A stretch of 35,367 nt of DNA. Source: Archangium sp. Its GTDB lineage: Bacteria > Myxococcota > Myxococcia > Myxococcales > Myxococcaceae. The stretch's first letter is position 1. Each line of letters opens with the position of its first letter. Position numbers and translations under genes: made by a program. The notes below the pieces were generated by a model. That model was not told the origin of the DNA. It saw only the letters and a list, made by a program, of their open reading frames with translations, and did no database searches. Of this stretch, positions 27,022-35,367 are shown in pieces. The DNA is taken from NCBI GenBank assembly GCA_031367385.1, contig JANLPS010000147.1:1-35367 (forward strand). Reading direction: 5' to 3'.

Positions 27022-27218
27022 GCGATTTGCTGCAGCCCGGGCATGTTTGGGAGCGGCCTTTCGAGAAGCCATTGGTCAACCATTCTCCAGATGCGGTGCG
27101 AGCTCAAACGTGGGTGCTCACGACGAAACCTCGAATACAACAAATCGAGGCCGAGCTCAGAGAGCTCGAACACGATGCCGAGTCGTTCACGCTGGGGCGG
27201 CACCGGGGTGGGCAGCAT
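26946..27218 (-). CDS. Small antitoxin, MenA1 (Rv0078B)-like (90 aa)
   Basis: The in-frame ATG 27218 within the called ORF 26946..27329 gives ..RERLGIVFELSELGLDLLYSRFRREHPRLSSHRIWRMVDQWLLERP.., resembling recalled MenA1 (QKLRLALDMYEVGEQMQRMRLGRERPNADVVEIEAAIDAWRMTRP). It lies upstream of and overlaps the toxin. Confidence 0.75.
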   Translation of the reverse strand: MLPTPVPPQRERLGIVFELSELGLDLLYSRFRREHPRLSSHRIWRMVDQWLLERPLPNMPGLQQIAWPRVSSEQLPRRSPSSAKKRRRSR

Positions 27219-27358
27219 TCGGGCGGTTGTAACAGATGTCTTGAGGCCCGATTTGACGCGCTGGCGCCCCCAGGACCGCGCCACTGCCAATCTGACGCGC
27301 GTGCCTGACCGGCCACCTCGAGAGCGCAACTGGCCTCTGCTTTGCTTTGCCCCAGCCG

Positions 27359-27538
27359 ATGCGCAAGCTCGACCTGTTTTTGTACCGGGCAGCCGGCGCG
27401 ATGGCAGCAGTCGTCATTGTCGGAGGCGTCTCCGCGATCGCGCTCCTCTGGTGGAGAGGGCGCGACGCGCGGCAATGCGCTTCACTCGGAGGGATCTCCC
27501 TCGACTCGAATGCCCGGGGCCCTGAACGCGCCGATTGA
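27359..27538 (+). CDS. Possible small single-TM protein (59 aa)
   Basis: MRKLDLFLYR, then hydrophobic AAGAMAAVVIVGGVSAIALLWW, then RGR. It fills the gap between the TA pair and the cyclophilins. No SD. Confidence 0.35.
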   Translation: MRKLDLFLYRAAGAMAAVVIVGGVSAIALLWWRGRDARQCASLGGISLDSNARGPERAD

Positions 27539-27585
27539 GAGATTGCTTTCAGCTTTCACCGCCCACAGGTAGTTTGCGCCGCCCT

Positions 27586-28227
27586 ATGAAAGCCGCGCTC
27601 CCCTCGACCCTTTGCTTGCTGCTCTTCGCGAGCACAGCGCACGCCGACGGGCGTTTCATGAAGCTGGCCCAAGACAAGAGAGACCTCTGGGCCACCCTGA
27701 CCACGAGCCAGGGCGAGATCGTCGTGCACCTTTTCTCGAAAGAGGCCCCCAAAACGGTCGCGAACTTCGTCGGCCTCGCTGAAGGCGAAAAAGACGCCAC
27801 TGACGACAAGGGCGTCACCAGCAAGAAGCGCCTCTACGACGAAACCGTCTTTCACCGCATCATCGACGGCTTCATGATTCAAGGCGGAGACCCCACCGGC
27901 ACCGGCCACGGCACACCCGGCTTCACCTTCGAAGACGAGTTCGGCAGTGGCCGAAAGTTCGACCGCGTCGGTCTGCTCGCGATGGCCAACCGCGGCCCCG
28001 CAACGAACGGCTCGCAGTTCTTCATCACCGTCTCGACCCCGACACACTTGAACGGCAAGCACACCATCTTCGGCGAGGTCGTCTCGGGCTACGACGTGGT
28101 CGAGGCGATCAGCAAAGTCAGCGTGGGCATGGGCAGCCGGCCGCTCCAAGCGGTGAAGCTCACCAAGGTCGTCATCTCTGACAAGCAGCCCAAGCTCACC
28201 TCGCCCATGAAAAAGGAGAAAAAGTGA
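27586..28227 (+). CDS. Cyclophilin-type peptidyl-prolyl isomerase with Sec signal peptide
   Basis: [58 protein letters not shown]. Signal peptide ending AHA-D. Confidence 0.93.
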   Translation: MKAALPSTLCLLLFASTAHADGRFMKLAQDKRDLWATLTTSQGEIVVHLFSKEAPKTVANFVGLAEGEKDATDDKGVTSKKRLYDETVFHRIIDGFMIQGGDPTGTGHGTPGFTFEDEFGSGRKFDRVGLLAMANRGPATNGSQFFITVSTPTHLNGKHTIFGEVVSGYDVVEAISKVSVGMGSRPLQAVKLTKVVISDKQPKLTSPMKKEKK

Positions 28228-28856
28228 AAACCGTTCTGTTCTCATTGGCCCTCGCCGTGCTCGCCGTCGGTTGCAAGAGCGGTGACTCGAAGGGCTCAGG
28301 CTCCAGCGGCGGTTGGTCAGACAAAGCCGCAGCGGGCAAAGATCTCTGGGCCGTGATGCGCACCTCTGAAGGCGACATCACCATCAAGCTCTGGTCGACC
28401 GTCGCGCCCAAGACCGTGAAGAACTTCGTCGGCTTAAGCACCGGCGAACGAGAATGGAAGAACCCCGCCACCGGCCTGCAGATGAAGACGCCGCTCTACA
28501 ACGGCACCGTGTTTCACCGCGTGATCCCCCGCTTCATGATTCAAGGCGGCGACCCGCTCGGCAGCGGCATGGGCGACCCCGGGTACCGCTTCGAAGACGA
28601 GACCGGCACCGGCAAGACCTTCGACCGGGTCGGGTTGCTCGCGATGGCCAACTCTGGGCCGAACACCAATGGCTCGCAGTTCTTCATCACCACCTCGACG
28701 CCCACCTACTTGAACGGCAAGCACACCATCTTCGGAGAAGTCGTGAAGGGCTACGACGTCGCCGAGAAGATCTCGAACGTGCCCCGAGGCCCCGGTGATC
28801 GCCCGAATACCCCCGTTGTGATCAAGCAGATCGATTTGTTCGACGCTCAGCCGTAA
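28224..28856 (+). CDS. Cyclophilin-type peptidyl-prolyl isomerase, lipoprotein
   Basis: AVG-C lipobox, [50 protein letters not shown] and GTGA overlap. Confidence 0.93.
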   Translation: MKTVLFSLALAVLAVGCKSGDSKGSGSSGGWSDKAAAGKDLWAVMRTSEGDITIKLWSTVAPKTVKNFVGLSTGEREWKNPATGLQMKTPLYNGTVFHRVIPRFMIQGGDPLGSGMGDPGYRFEDETGTGKTFDRVGLLAMANSGPNTNGSQFFITTSTPTYLNGKHTIFGEVVKGYDVAEKISNVPRGPGDRPNTPVVIKQIDLFDAQP

Positions 28857-28891
28857 ACCAAAGCCGCACCCACCAAAGAGGAACTTGCTTC

Positions 28892-29443
28892 ATGGGAATG
28901 ATGGACGACGCCCGTTCGGGCCAAGAGCTGTACGCGAAGTTCGAGACGACCGAAGGCAACATCACCGTTCGGCTCTTCGCCAAAGACGCGCCGAAGACGG
29001 TCGAGAACTTCGTCGGCCTCGCCACCGGTGAGAAGGCGTGGACGCACCCGGCCACCGGCGAAGGGAAGAAGAGCGTGCCCCTGTACGACGGCACGATCTT
29101 TCACCGCTGCATCACCAACTTCATGGTTCAGGGCGGAGACCCGCTCGGTCGCGGCACCGGCGGCCCCGGGTTCAAGTTCGAAGACGAGTTTCAGTCAGGG
29201 CGCAAGTTCGACAAGCCAGGCCTGCTCGCCATGGCCAACGCCGGCCCGGGCACCAACGGCTCGCAGTTCTTCATCACCGTGACCCCCACGCCGTGGCTCA
29301 ACAACCGCCACACCATCTTCGGCGAGGTGATCAGCGGCCAAGAAATCGCCGATCGCGTCGCAAACGTCATTCCCAAAGGCGATGGCGACCGCCCGAAGAC
29401 CGACGTGGTAGTGAAGAAGCTCACGATTTCGAAGACGCCGTAA
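28892..29443 (+). CDS. Cyclophilin-type peptidyl-prolyl isomerase, cytoplasmic
   Basis: [42 protein letters not shown]. No signal peptide. GAGG SD. Confidence 0.93.
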   Translation: MGMMDDARSGQELYAKFETTEGNITVRLFAKDAPKTVENFVGLATGEKAWTHPATGEGKKSVPLYDGTIFHRCITNFMVQGGDPLGRGTGGPGFKFEDEFQSGRKFDKPGLLAMANAGPGTNGSQFFITVTPTPWLNNRHTIFGEVISGQEIADRVANVIPKGDGDRPKTDVVVKKLTISKTP

Positions 29444-29448
29444 AAACT

Positions 29449-30480
29449 ATGACGATCAGCAGCTCCGGCACCCAAGAAGCAGCAGCACCGTACCGGAGCG
29501 GCTTCGTCGCGCTGATCGGCCGCCCCAACGTCGGCAAGAGCACGTTGCTCAACCGGCTGTTGGGCGAGAAGGTCGCGATCGTCTCGCCCAAGCCTCAGAC
29601 CACCCGAACCCGAATTCTCGGCGTGGTCAGCAAGCCCGCGGGGCAATTGGCTTTTTTCGATACCCCAGGCGTGCACGAGGCCAAGGGCGCGCTGCACAAG
29701 TACATGGTCGACGCCGCGTTCGCCGCCGCTGACGAGTGCGACGTGGTGCTGTTCATGGTCGAGGCCGAGGGGCTGCGCGAAGACCGCACTCCGGAGATCG
29801 GGCCCGGCAACCAGATCGTGCTCAGCCAGCTCAAGAAGCTCAAAAAGCCCGTGATTCTCGTGATCAACAAGATCGACGAGGTGCAGAAGGGGCTGCTGCT
29901 GCCGTTCATCGACGTCTGGCGCAAGGCCTACGAGTTCGTCGACGTGCTGCCCATCGCCGCCAAGACAGGGGAGGGCGTCGAGCACCTCTTTGACGTCGTG
30001 CTGGGCCACATGGCCGAGGGCGAGCCGCTGTTTCCCCAAGACATGTTCACCGACCAGGCCGAGCGCGTGCTGGTCGGCGAATTCGTGCGTGAGCAGGTGC
30101 TGCGCCACTGCCGGCAAGAAGTGCCGTATTCCACCGCCGTCGTGGTCGAGGTGTTCGACGAGTCGGAGCGCTTCTCACCGCCTCCGCAGCGCAAGAAAAA
30201 GGGCGGCAAGGCGGCTCAGGCGGCTCCCAAGGCCGCTCCGCGGTTGACTGGCCTGGTGCGCATTCACGCCGCGATCTTCGTCGAGCGCGACTCGCAGAAG
30301 GCGATCATCATCGGCAAGTCGGGCTCGATGCTGAAGACCATCGGCACCGATGCCAGAAAGGGTGTCGAGCGGCTGCTGGGCACCAACGTGTTTCTGTCAC
30401 TGCAGGTCAAAGTCGAGCCCCGCTGGAGCGAGCGAATCGATGCGCTGCGAAAAATGGGCTACAGCGAGACCCCGGCCTGA
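29449..30480 (+). CDS. era: GTPase Era
   Basis: RSGFVALIGRPNVGKSTLLN, IVSPKPQTTR, DTPG, NKID, EVPYS, KH domain VERDSQKAIIIGKSG. Start ATG 29449; the 29038 extension overlaps the cyclophilin. Confidence 0.96.
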   Translation: MTISSSGTQEAAAPYRSGFVALIGRPNVGKSTLLNRLLGEKVAIVSPKPQTTRTRILGVVSKPAGQLAFFDTPGVHEAKGALHKYMVDAAFAAADECDVVLFMVEAEGLREDRTPEIGPGNQIVLSQLKKLKKPVILVINKIDEVQKGLLLPFIDVWRKAYEFVDVLPIAAKTGEGVEHLFDVVLGHMAEGEPLFPQDMFTDQAERVLVGEFVREQVLRHCRQEVPYSTAVVVEVFDESERFSPPPQRKKKGGKAAQAAPKAAPRLTGLVRIHAAIFVERDSQKAIIIGKSGSMLKTIGTDARKGVERLLGTNVFLSLQVKVEPRWSERIDALRKMGYSETPA

Positions 30481-30582
30481 GTCTAACTCACTGAATTCAC
30501 TCGCAGGTCGAGTCACCCGGCTGTCATGTCTTCGCCGATGCCTCTTGTTCGCCGAGGGCGGCGAGGTGAAAGAACTCCTCCC

Positions 30583-31497
30583 ATGACTGAGCACGTCGAC
30601 GACCGCGCCCTGTTGATTCAATTGCACGGGGTCTTGAGCGAGATCGACCCGGTTCGGTGGCGTGATGAAGCGGCGGTGGCGCTCAAGAGCCGCCTCACCG
30701 AGCTTCGCCGGCACCTCGCGCAACGCGAGCGCCTGGCGACCCTCGCAGGCGAGCTGCAGGTCAACCTCGACCAGCTCGACTCCAGGGGCACCGACCTGCA
30801 AGCACGCTGGCTCGACTTCAAGAGGCGCGTGCAGCCGGCCTACGAGGCCATCGCCGCAGGGTTTCGAGCGCAGAAGATTCATGTGCCCTCCCTGCGCCCC
30901 ACCAACTGGGCCCGCAGCGCGCTCCACGTAGGCACTGCCGCGCTCGCGGTGACCGCGATCGAGCTGATGCCCCCCACGGTACTGATCGCCTTCGCCGCCC
31001 TATGGGTCGTGTTCGTCTGGGGCTGCGAGATTGGCCGCCGCAACAGCGCCCGAATCAACGTCATCTTGATGAAGGTGTTCAAGCCCGTCGCGCACGTGCA
31101 TGAGACGTATCGAATCAACTCCGCCACCTGGTACGCGACCGCGCTGTTGCTGCTGGCGCTCACCCGCAACTCGGCGGTCGAGTTGGCTGCGGTCGGCATT
31201 CTCGGCATCGGCGACCCGATGGCCGGCCTGATTGGTCGCAAGTTCGGGCGCATCAAGTTGGTGCATGGCCGCTCGCTCGAGGGCACGCTCTCATTCTTCG
31301 CCAGCGCCGTCGCCGTGGCGTTCGGGTTGCTGATGGTCTTTGCCCAGTCGCTGAGCACCGGCGAGGCCCTGGTCGTCGCCGTTACCGCTTCGTTGTTTGG
31401 CGCCCTGGCCGAGCTGTTCAGCCTCCGCCTCGACGACAACATCTCGGTTCCCCTCGCTGCGGCCGCGGGCGCGATGCTCGTCCTCCAGTTCTTTTAG
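30583..31497 (+). CDS. SEC59/dolichol-phytol kinase-like membrane protein with an N-terminal helical domain
   Basis: NWARSALH, multiple TM helices, GDPMAGLIGRKFG, RSLEGT, LAELFS..LDDNISVP. Start ATG 30583 preferred. Confidence 0.85.
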   Translation: MTEHVDDRALLIQLHGVLSEIDPVRWRDEAAVALKSRLTELRRHLAQRERLATLAGELQVNLDQLDSRGTDLQARWLDFKRRVQPAYEAIAAGFRAQKIHVPSLRPTNWARSALHVGTAALAVTAIELMPPTVLIAFAALWVVFVWGCEIGRRNSARINVILMKVFKPVAHVHETYRINSATWYATALLLLALTRNSAVELAAVGILGIGDPMAGLIGRKFGRIKLVHGRSLEGTLSFFASAVAVAFGLLMVFAQSLSTGEALVVAVTASLFGALAELFSLRLDDNISVPLAAAAGAMLVLQFF

Positions 31498-31553
31498 TGG
31501 TTTAGGTGGCTTAGCCGAAGCAACTCGGTTCCGCTCCGAACCGATACTTCTGC

Positions 31554-32297
31554 ATGTGTCGCCTCTTTGCCGTTCACGCCACGAAGCCCTTTCAGCTGGC
31601 CGCACCGTTCGAAGGCCTCGCGCGCCTCTCGACCTCGCACAAAGACGGCTGGGGGGTGGCCAAGTTCGACGGCGCCTGGGAGCTCGAGCGCAGCACCTTG
31701 CCCGCCCATGCCTCACCGCGCTTCGCCCAGCTTGGCGCTGAACCGTCGGGTGACGTGACCCTCGCGCACATTCGCTGGGCCTCGGTCGGCGCGGCCCAAG
31801 ACATGAACAACCAGCACCCCTTCGTGGGCAACGGCTGGGTCTTCATGCACAACGGCACCTTGACGAACTTCGACGCGTCGCGAGCCAAGCTCGAGGCGGA
31901 GATCGCTCCCGAGTTTCGAATCGGGCTCAAGGGCACGACCGACTCTGAGCGCTGTTTCGCGCTGTTTTTGACCTTCTTGCAGGGCCGCTCTGACGTCGAA
32001 GTGCCCGAGGCCGCCCGCGCGTTGACCCGGGTGATGAACCTCGCCGCTGCGACCTGCGACGAGCCGGGTGGGTACCAGCGCTCGAGCATGAACTTCATCG
32101 CCAGCAACGGCAAAATCACCGTGGCCACCCGCCGCGGCCAGACCTTGTTCAGCAACCAGGGCAAAGATGCCGTCTCGCTCTCGAGCACCAACTCGCTCTT
32201 CGCCGCCGACCGCTGGGAGCAAGTGCCCGAAGATGGCGTGCTCGCCATTGACGACACCTTGAAGCCCTTCAAGTCATCGATCGTCGACTGGCGGTAA
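31554..32297 (+). CDS. Class II glutamine amidotransferase (YafJ/EgtC-like)
   Basis: N-terminal MCRLF nucleophile, HKDGWG, AHIRWAS, NQHPF, FMHNG, GTTDSE. Confidence 0.9.
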   Translation: MCRLFAVHATKPFQLAAPFEGLARLSTSHKDGWGVAKFDGAWELERSTLPAHASPRFAQLGAEPSGDVTLAHIRWASVGAAQDMNNQHPFVGNGWVFMHNGTLTNFDASRAKLEAEIAPEFRIGLKGTTDSERCFALFLTFLQGRSDVEVPEAARALTRVMNLAAATCDEPGGYQRSSMNFIASNGKITVATRRGQTLFSNQGKDAVSLSSTNSLFAADRWEQVPEDGVLAIDDTLKPFKSSIVDWR

Positions 32298-32330
32298 AGA
32301 AACGGCAGTTAGTGCTATGCGGCTCTCGTC

Positions 32331-33782
32331 ATGAGAACCCGCCCGGTTATTGCCATCGTCGGTCGTCCCAACGTCGGCAAGTCGACGCTTTTCAACCGCG
32401 TGGTGGGCCGCCGCCTGGCCATCGTTGAAGATACGCCCGGGGTCACCCGCGACAGGCACTTCGCTGACTGCGATTACGAAGACCGCCCGGTCAGCTTCGT
32501 CGACACCGGCGGGTTCGTGCCCGACAGCGATGAAGACGTGCTCGCCAAGCACGTACGCATGCAGGCCCAGGCAGCTGTCGAAGAGGCCGACATCGTGCTG
32601 TTCGTCGTCGATGGCCGGGTCGGCATCTCAGGCGGAGACCAGGACGTCGCCAGGTACCTGCGAAAGCATTCAAGGCCGCTGATCTTGATCGTCAACAAGG
32701 TCGACGGGCGCCGCGACAAAGAGCTTCTGACCTCAGACTTCTTCTCGCTCGCCCTCGGAGAGCCAGTGCCGGTCTCGGCCGAGCACAACATCGGCTTCGA
32801 TGTATTGGCCGACCGGTTGATCGCCCTGTTGCCGCCTGCGCCCCCCTACGAAGAGCCGATCAAGACGCCTGCGAAGGGCGATCTGGTGAAGCTGCCCAAG
32901 GGGCCAGACAAGTCAGCGCCGATTCGGGTCGCGCTGGTGGGCCGGCCCAACGTCGGCAAGTCGACGCTGGTCAACGCGGTGCTCGGTGAAGACCGCGTCA
33001 TCGTCAGCGAGATCGCCGGCACCACCCGTGACCCCATTGACACCGCCCTGGTGTTCAAGGGCCGCAACGTCATTCTCACCGACACCGCCGGCATTCGCCG
33101 CAAGTCGGCGATCAGCCAGAAGATCGAAGAATTTTCGGTCTTTGGCGCGATTCGGGCGATCGAAGACTCAGACGTCGCGGTGCTCGTGCTCGATGCCACC
33201 GAAGCCGGAGTCGATCAAGACCAGAAGATCGCCTCGATCGCCGAAGTGAAGGGCAGGGCGCTGCTGATCGTCGTCAACAAGTGGGACCTGGTGCGAGGCA
33301 CCGCCAAAGAGGAGCACTACCGGGACAGCCTCAAGTGGTACATGAAGTTCGTCTCGTGGGCTCCGATGGTCTTCATCTCGGCCAAAGAGGGGCACAAGGT
33401 CAGCAAGGTGCTCGAATTGGCCCTGCAGCTCTTCGACATGCAGCACTTTCGAGCCGGCACGCCGATGCTCAACAAGATCGTCGAGCACGTGACGACCGAG
33501 CACCCCTTGCCGGTGGTCAAGGGCAAGCCGCTCAAGCTGTACTACGCGATGCAGGTGGCCACGGCGCCTCCGACCTTCGCGTTCATCGCGAATTCGCCCA
33601 AAGACGTGCCCGACCGGTACATCCGCTACGTGACCAACTACCTGCGCGAGACCTTCAACCTCAAGGTGCCGATTCGCATGTTCTGGAGAGAGCGCCCCGG
33701 GCAGAAAAAGCGCGAAGCCAAGGGCATTCAGTTCAAGAACCGCTCGGAGTCGATTCGCAAGGCGAAGAACCGCAAACGGTAG
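32331..33782 (+). CDS. der: Ribosome biogenesis GTPase Der (EngA)
   Basis: Two G domains: GRPNVGKSTL/GVTRD/DTGG/NKVD and GRPNVGKSTL/GTTRD/DTAG/NKWD. C-terminal KH-like domain. Confidence 0.97.
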   Translation: MRTRPVIAIVGRPNVGKSTLFNRVVGRRLAIVEDTPGVTRDRHFADCDYEDRPVSFVDTGGFVPDSDEDVLAKHVRMQAQAAVEEADIVLFVVDGRVGISGGDQDVARYLRKHSRPLILIVNKVDGRRDKELLTSDFFSLALGEPVPVSAEHNIGFDVLADRLIALLPPAPPYEEPIKTPAKGDLVKLPKGPDKSAPIRVALVGRPNVGKSTLVNAVLGEDRVIVSEIAGTTRDPIDTALVFKGRNVILTDTAGIRRKSAISQKIEEFSVFGAIRAIEDSDVAVLVLDATEAGVDQDQKIASIAEVKGRALLIVVNKWDLVRGTAKEEHYRDSLKWYMKFVSWAPMVFISAKEGHKVSKVLELALQLFDMQHFRAGTPMLNKIVEHVTTEHPLPVVKGKPLKLYYAMQVATAPPTFAFIANSPKDVPDRYIRYVTNYLRETFNLKVPIRMFWRERPGQKKREAKGIQFKNRSESIRKAKNRKR

Positions 33783-33798
33783 AAGGCGTAAACCCTCA

Positions 33799-33827
33799 TT
33801 GACACGGGGGTTTCGGGCTCCTAGACA
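33799..33827 (+). promoter_or_regulatory. Sigma70-type promoter for the TPR/BamB genes
   Basis: TTGACA (33799-33804), 17-bp spacer, TAGACA (33822-33827), ATG 9 nt later, no SD. Confidence 0.55.
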
Positions 33828-33836
33828 GCCCGCGCG

Positions 33837-34628
33837 ATGTCATACAAAGACGAACAGCGAAATCTCAAAGCCCCCGATGAGTTGCAGAAGCTTGGCGCGA
33901 GCGCAATGCCCTGGCTCGAGGTGCACGGCCGCAACGTGATTCTCGGCGTCATCGGCGTGGTCGTGGTCTTCTTCATCGGCGCTGGCCTGCGTGAGCTGAG
34001 CACCCGTGGCGAGGTCAACGCGACGCATGCGTTCGGCGCGTCGCTCAAGGTGCTCTCACGTGAGGTCAACGCGAGCCCCACCGCGGTGACGGCGGCGGGC
34101 GAAGATGCCCCCTTCAAGACCGAGCAAGAAAAAGACGCCGCGTTGGTGACCGCGCTCACCGACTTTCGCAAGGCGAACGAGGGCCGCAAGGCCGCCTCGA
34201 GCGCTGCGCTGCCGCTGGCCCAGGCGCTCCTGCGTGAAGGCAAAGCCACCGAGGCCCTGCCTTTGGTCGATGAATATTTGAAGAACGCCGACGCGAATGA
34301 CCCGTTGCGCCCGGCGGCCTTCGAGGCCCGTGGCTACGCCTATGAGGCCCAGAACAAGTACGACGAGGCGATGGCCGCGTTCGAACAGCTCTCGCAAGAG
34401 AACAAGACCGACTTCATGAAGGGCATGGGCCTGTATCACCGCGCGCGCTTGCTCGAGCTCAAGGGCGACAAGCAGGCTGCCGCGAAGCAGTTCGCTGAGA
34501 TTCAGAGCGCCGCGCCCGACTCATCGGCGAGCCGCCTCGCCAAAGAGCGCATCACCTTGCTGGCCGGGCAGGGCATCATCGCGCCAGTCATTGCGATGGC
34601 GCCCTCCGCGGTTGATGCGGGCCGGTAA
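33837..34628 (+). CDS. YfgM-like membrane-anchored TPR protein
   Basis: LKAPDE N-terminus, one TM helix, TPR helices (RGYAYEAQNKYDEAMAAFEQ; RARLLELKGDKQAA). Lies between der and the BamB-like gene. Confidence 0.8.
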   Translation: MSYKDEQRNLKAPDELQKLGASAMPWLEVHGRNVILGVIGVVVVFFIGAGLRELSTRGEVNATHAFGASLKVLSREVNASPTAVTAAGEDAPFKTEQEKDAALVTALTDFRKANEGRKAASSAALPLAQALLREGKATEALPLVDEYLKNADANDPLRPAAFEARGYAYEAQNKYDEAMAAFEQLSQENKTDFMKGMGLYHRARLLELKGDKQAAAKQFAEIQSAAPDSSASRLAKERITLLAGQGIIAPVIAMAPSAVDAGR

Positions 34629-35367
34629 ACCCGTGCGTGCCTCAGCGGTCATTGCGCTCGTCGTCGCGCTGACAGGGTGCAAGTCGATACCGCTCGTGGC
34701 TGACCCCACGGGCGCCAAGGGCCAAGCCCACATCAGCCCGCGCAAGATGTTCTCGGTCGACTGGTGGACACCGTTGGTCAAGAGCGAGCTGCTCGAGTGG
34801 CAACCGCGAGAGACCGCGAGGCCTGCCGTCGACCCCGACACCGAGCGGGTGATCGTCGCGACCCGTGACGGCTTCATTCGTTGCCTCGCGCCTGACACGG
34901 GCCTGGTCGTCTGGTCGGTGCAGACTCGTAGCCGTTTCTACGCAGGCGCGACCGTCGTCAATGGCGTCGCCTATGTGCCGGGCGGCGACGGCGTGCTCTA
35001 CGCCTTGCGCTCGGTCAGCGGCGAAATCATCTGGCAGTACGCCGCGAATGAAGAGCTCGTCACCGTGCCGGTCGTCAAAGAGGGCAAGGTGTACGTCGCG
35101 ACGCAGTCAGAGGCCGTCTACGCGGTCGATGCCGCGACCGGTAAATGGGTCTGGCAGTACCGCCGTGATGCGCCCAGCGGGTTCAGCGTTCGAGGCACCT
35201 CGGCTCCCGTGGTCACCGAGGGCATGGTCTACATGGGCTTCGCCGATGGGTGGCTCGCCGCGCTGGGGTCTGATGACGGCGTCATTCGCTGGGAGCGTAA
35301 GCTGACCCTCTCGGGCGGCAACCAGTTTCTCGACATCAACAGCAGCCCCGTGCTCGACGACGAAGGC
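34615..35367 (+). CDS. bamB: BamB-like PQQ beta-propeller lipoprotein (runs off the window)
   Basis: Absent from the ORF track because there is no stop in the window. Reads MRAGKPVRASAVIALVVALTG-CKS (lipobox), then repeated blades DGVLYAL..SGEIIWQY, VYAVDAATGKWVWQY, DGWLAAL..DGVIRWE. Alternative start GTG 34633. Confidence 0.8.
   Translation, partial: MRAGKPVRASAVIALVVALTGCKSIPLVADPTGAKGQAHISPRKMFSVDWWTPLVKSELLEWQPRETARPAVDPDTERVIVATRDGFIRCLAPDTGLVVWSVQTRSRFYAGATVVNGVAYVPGGDGVLYALRSVSGEIIWQYAANEELVTVPVVKEGKVYVATQSEAVYAVDAATGKWVWQYRRDAPSGFSVRGTSAPVVTEGMVYMGFADGWLAALGSDDGVIRWERKLTLSGGNQFLDINSSPVLDDEG

Noticed and set aside
27750..29330. Repeated DNA blocks (AACTTCGTCGGC, GGCTCGCAGTTCTTCATCACC, CACACCATCTTCGG) as a CRISPR or repeat array
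   Set aside because: They are conserved coding motifs of the three cyclophilin paralogs, spaced ~600 bp apart.
29038..29448. 137-aa N-terminal extension of Era
   Set aside because: It is an alternative frame of the third cyclophilin. Era motifs begin after ATG 29449.

Overview
GC-rich bacterial chromosome segment. Gene content and order (RNase R with long K/A/P insertions, orphan PilT, tandem DUF4139 genes, acyl-CoA carboxylase/dehydrogenase-rnc-cyclophilins-era-der-YfgM-BamB) suggest a myxobacterium (Myxococcota); this is an inference. Most of the window is housekeeping: MBL hydrolase, ribA, moeA, rnr, hutU, pilT paralog, acyl-CoA carboxylase beta, acyl-CoA dehydrogenase, rnc, three cyclophilins, era, a SEC59-like kinase, a class II glutamine amidotransferase, der, a TPR protein and a truncated BamB-like gene. 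Three accessory pieces stand out. (1) A ~1020-aa orphan after rnr carries CYTH/VTC (triphosphate-tunnel) motifs in the correct order but split by large helical-repeat insertions. (2) A ~2.2-kb decaying signalling cassette (HAMP-HAMP-PAS-GGDEF cyclase plus two broken STAS/SEC14-like paralogs) begins with a tRNA 3'-end (att-like) remnant fused to the carboxylase stop codon. (3) A MenA1/MenT1-like toxin-antitoxin pair (nucleotidyltransferase toxin plus a small overlapping antitoxin hidden inside a longer called ORF) is inserted just after rnc. Also seen: a REP-like half-palindrome at the left edge, a structured leader before rnr, and repeated -10-like boxes 7-10 nt before SD-less start codons. 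All family assignments come from motifs read by eye; no database search was run.
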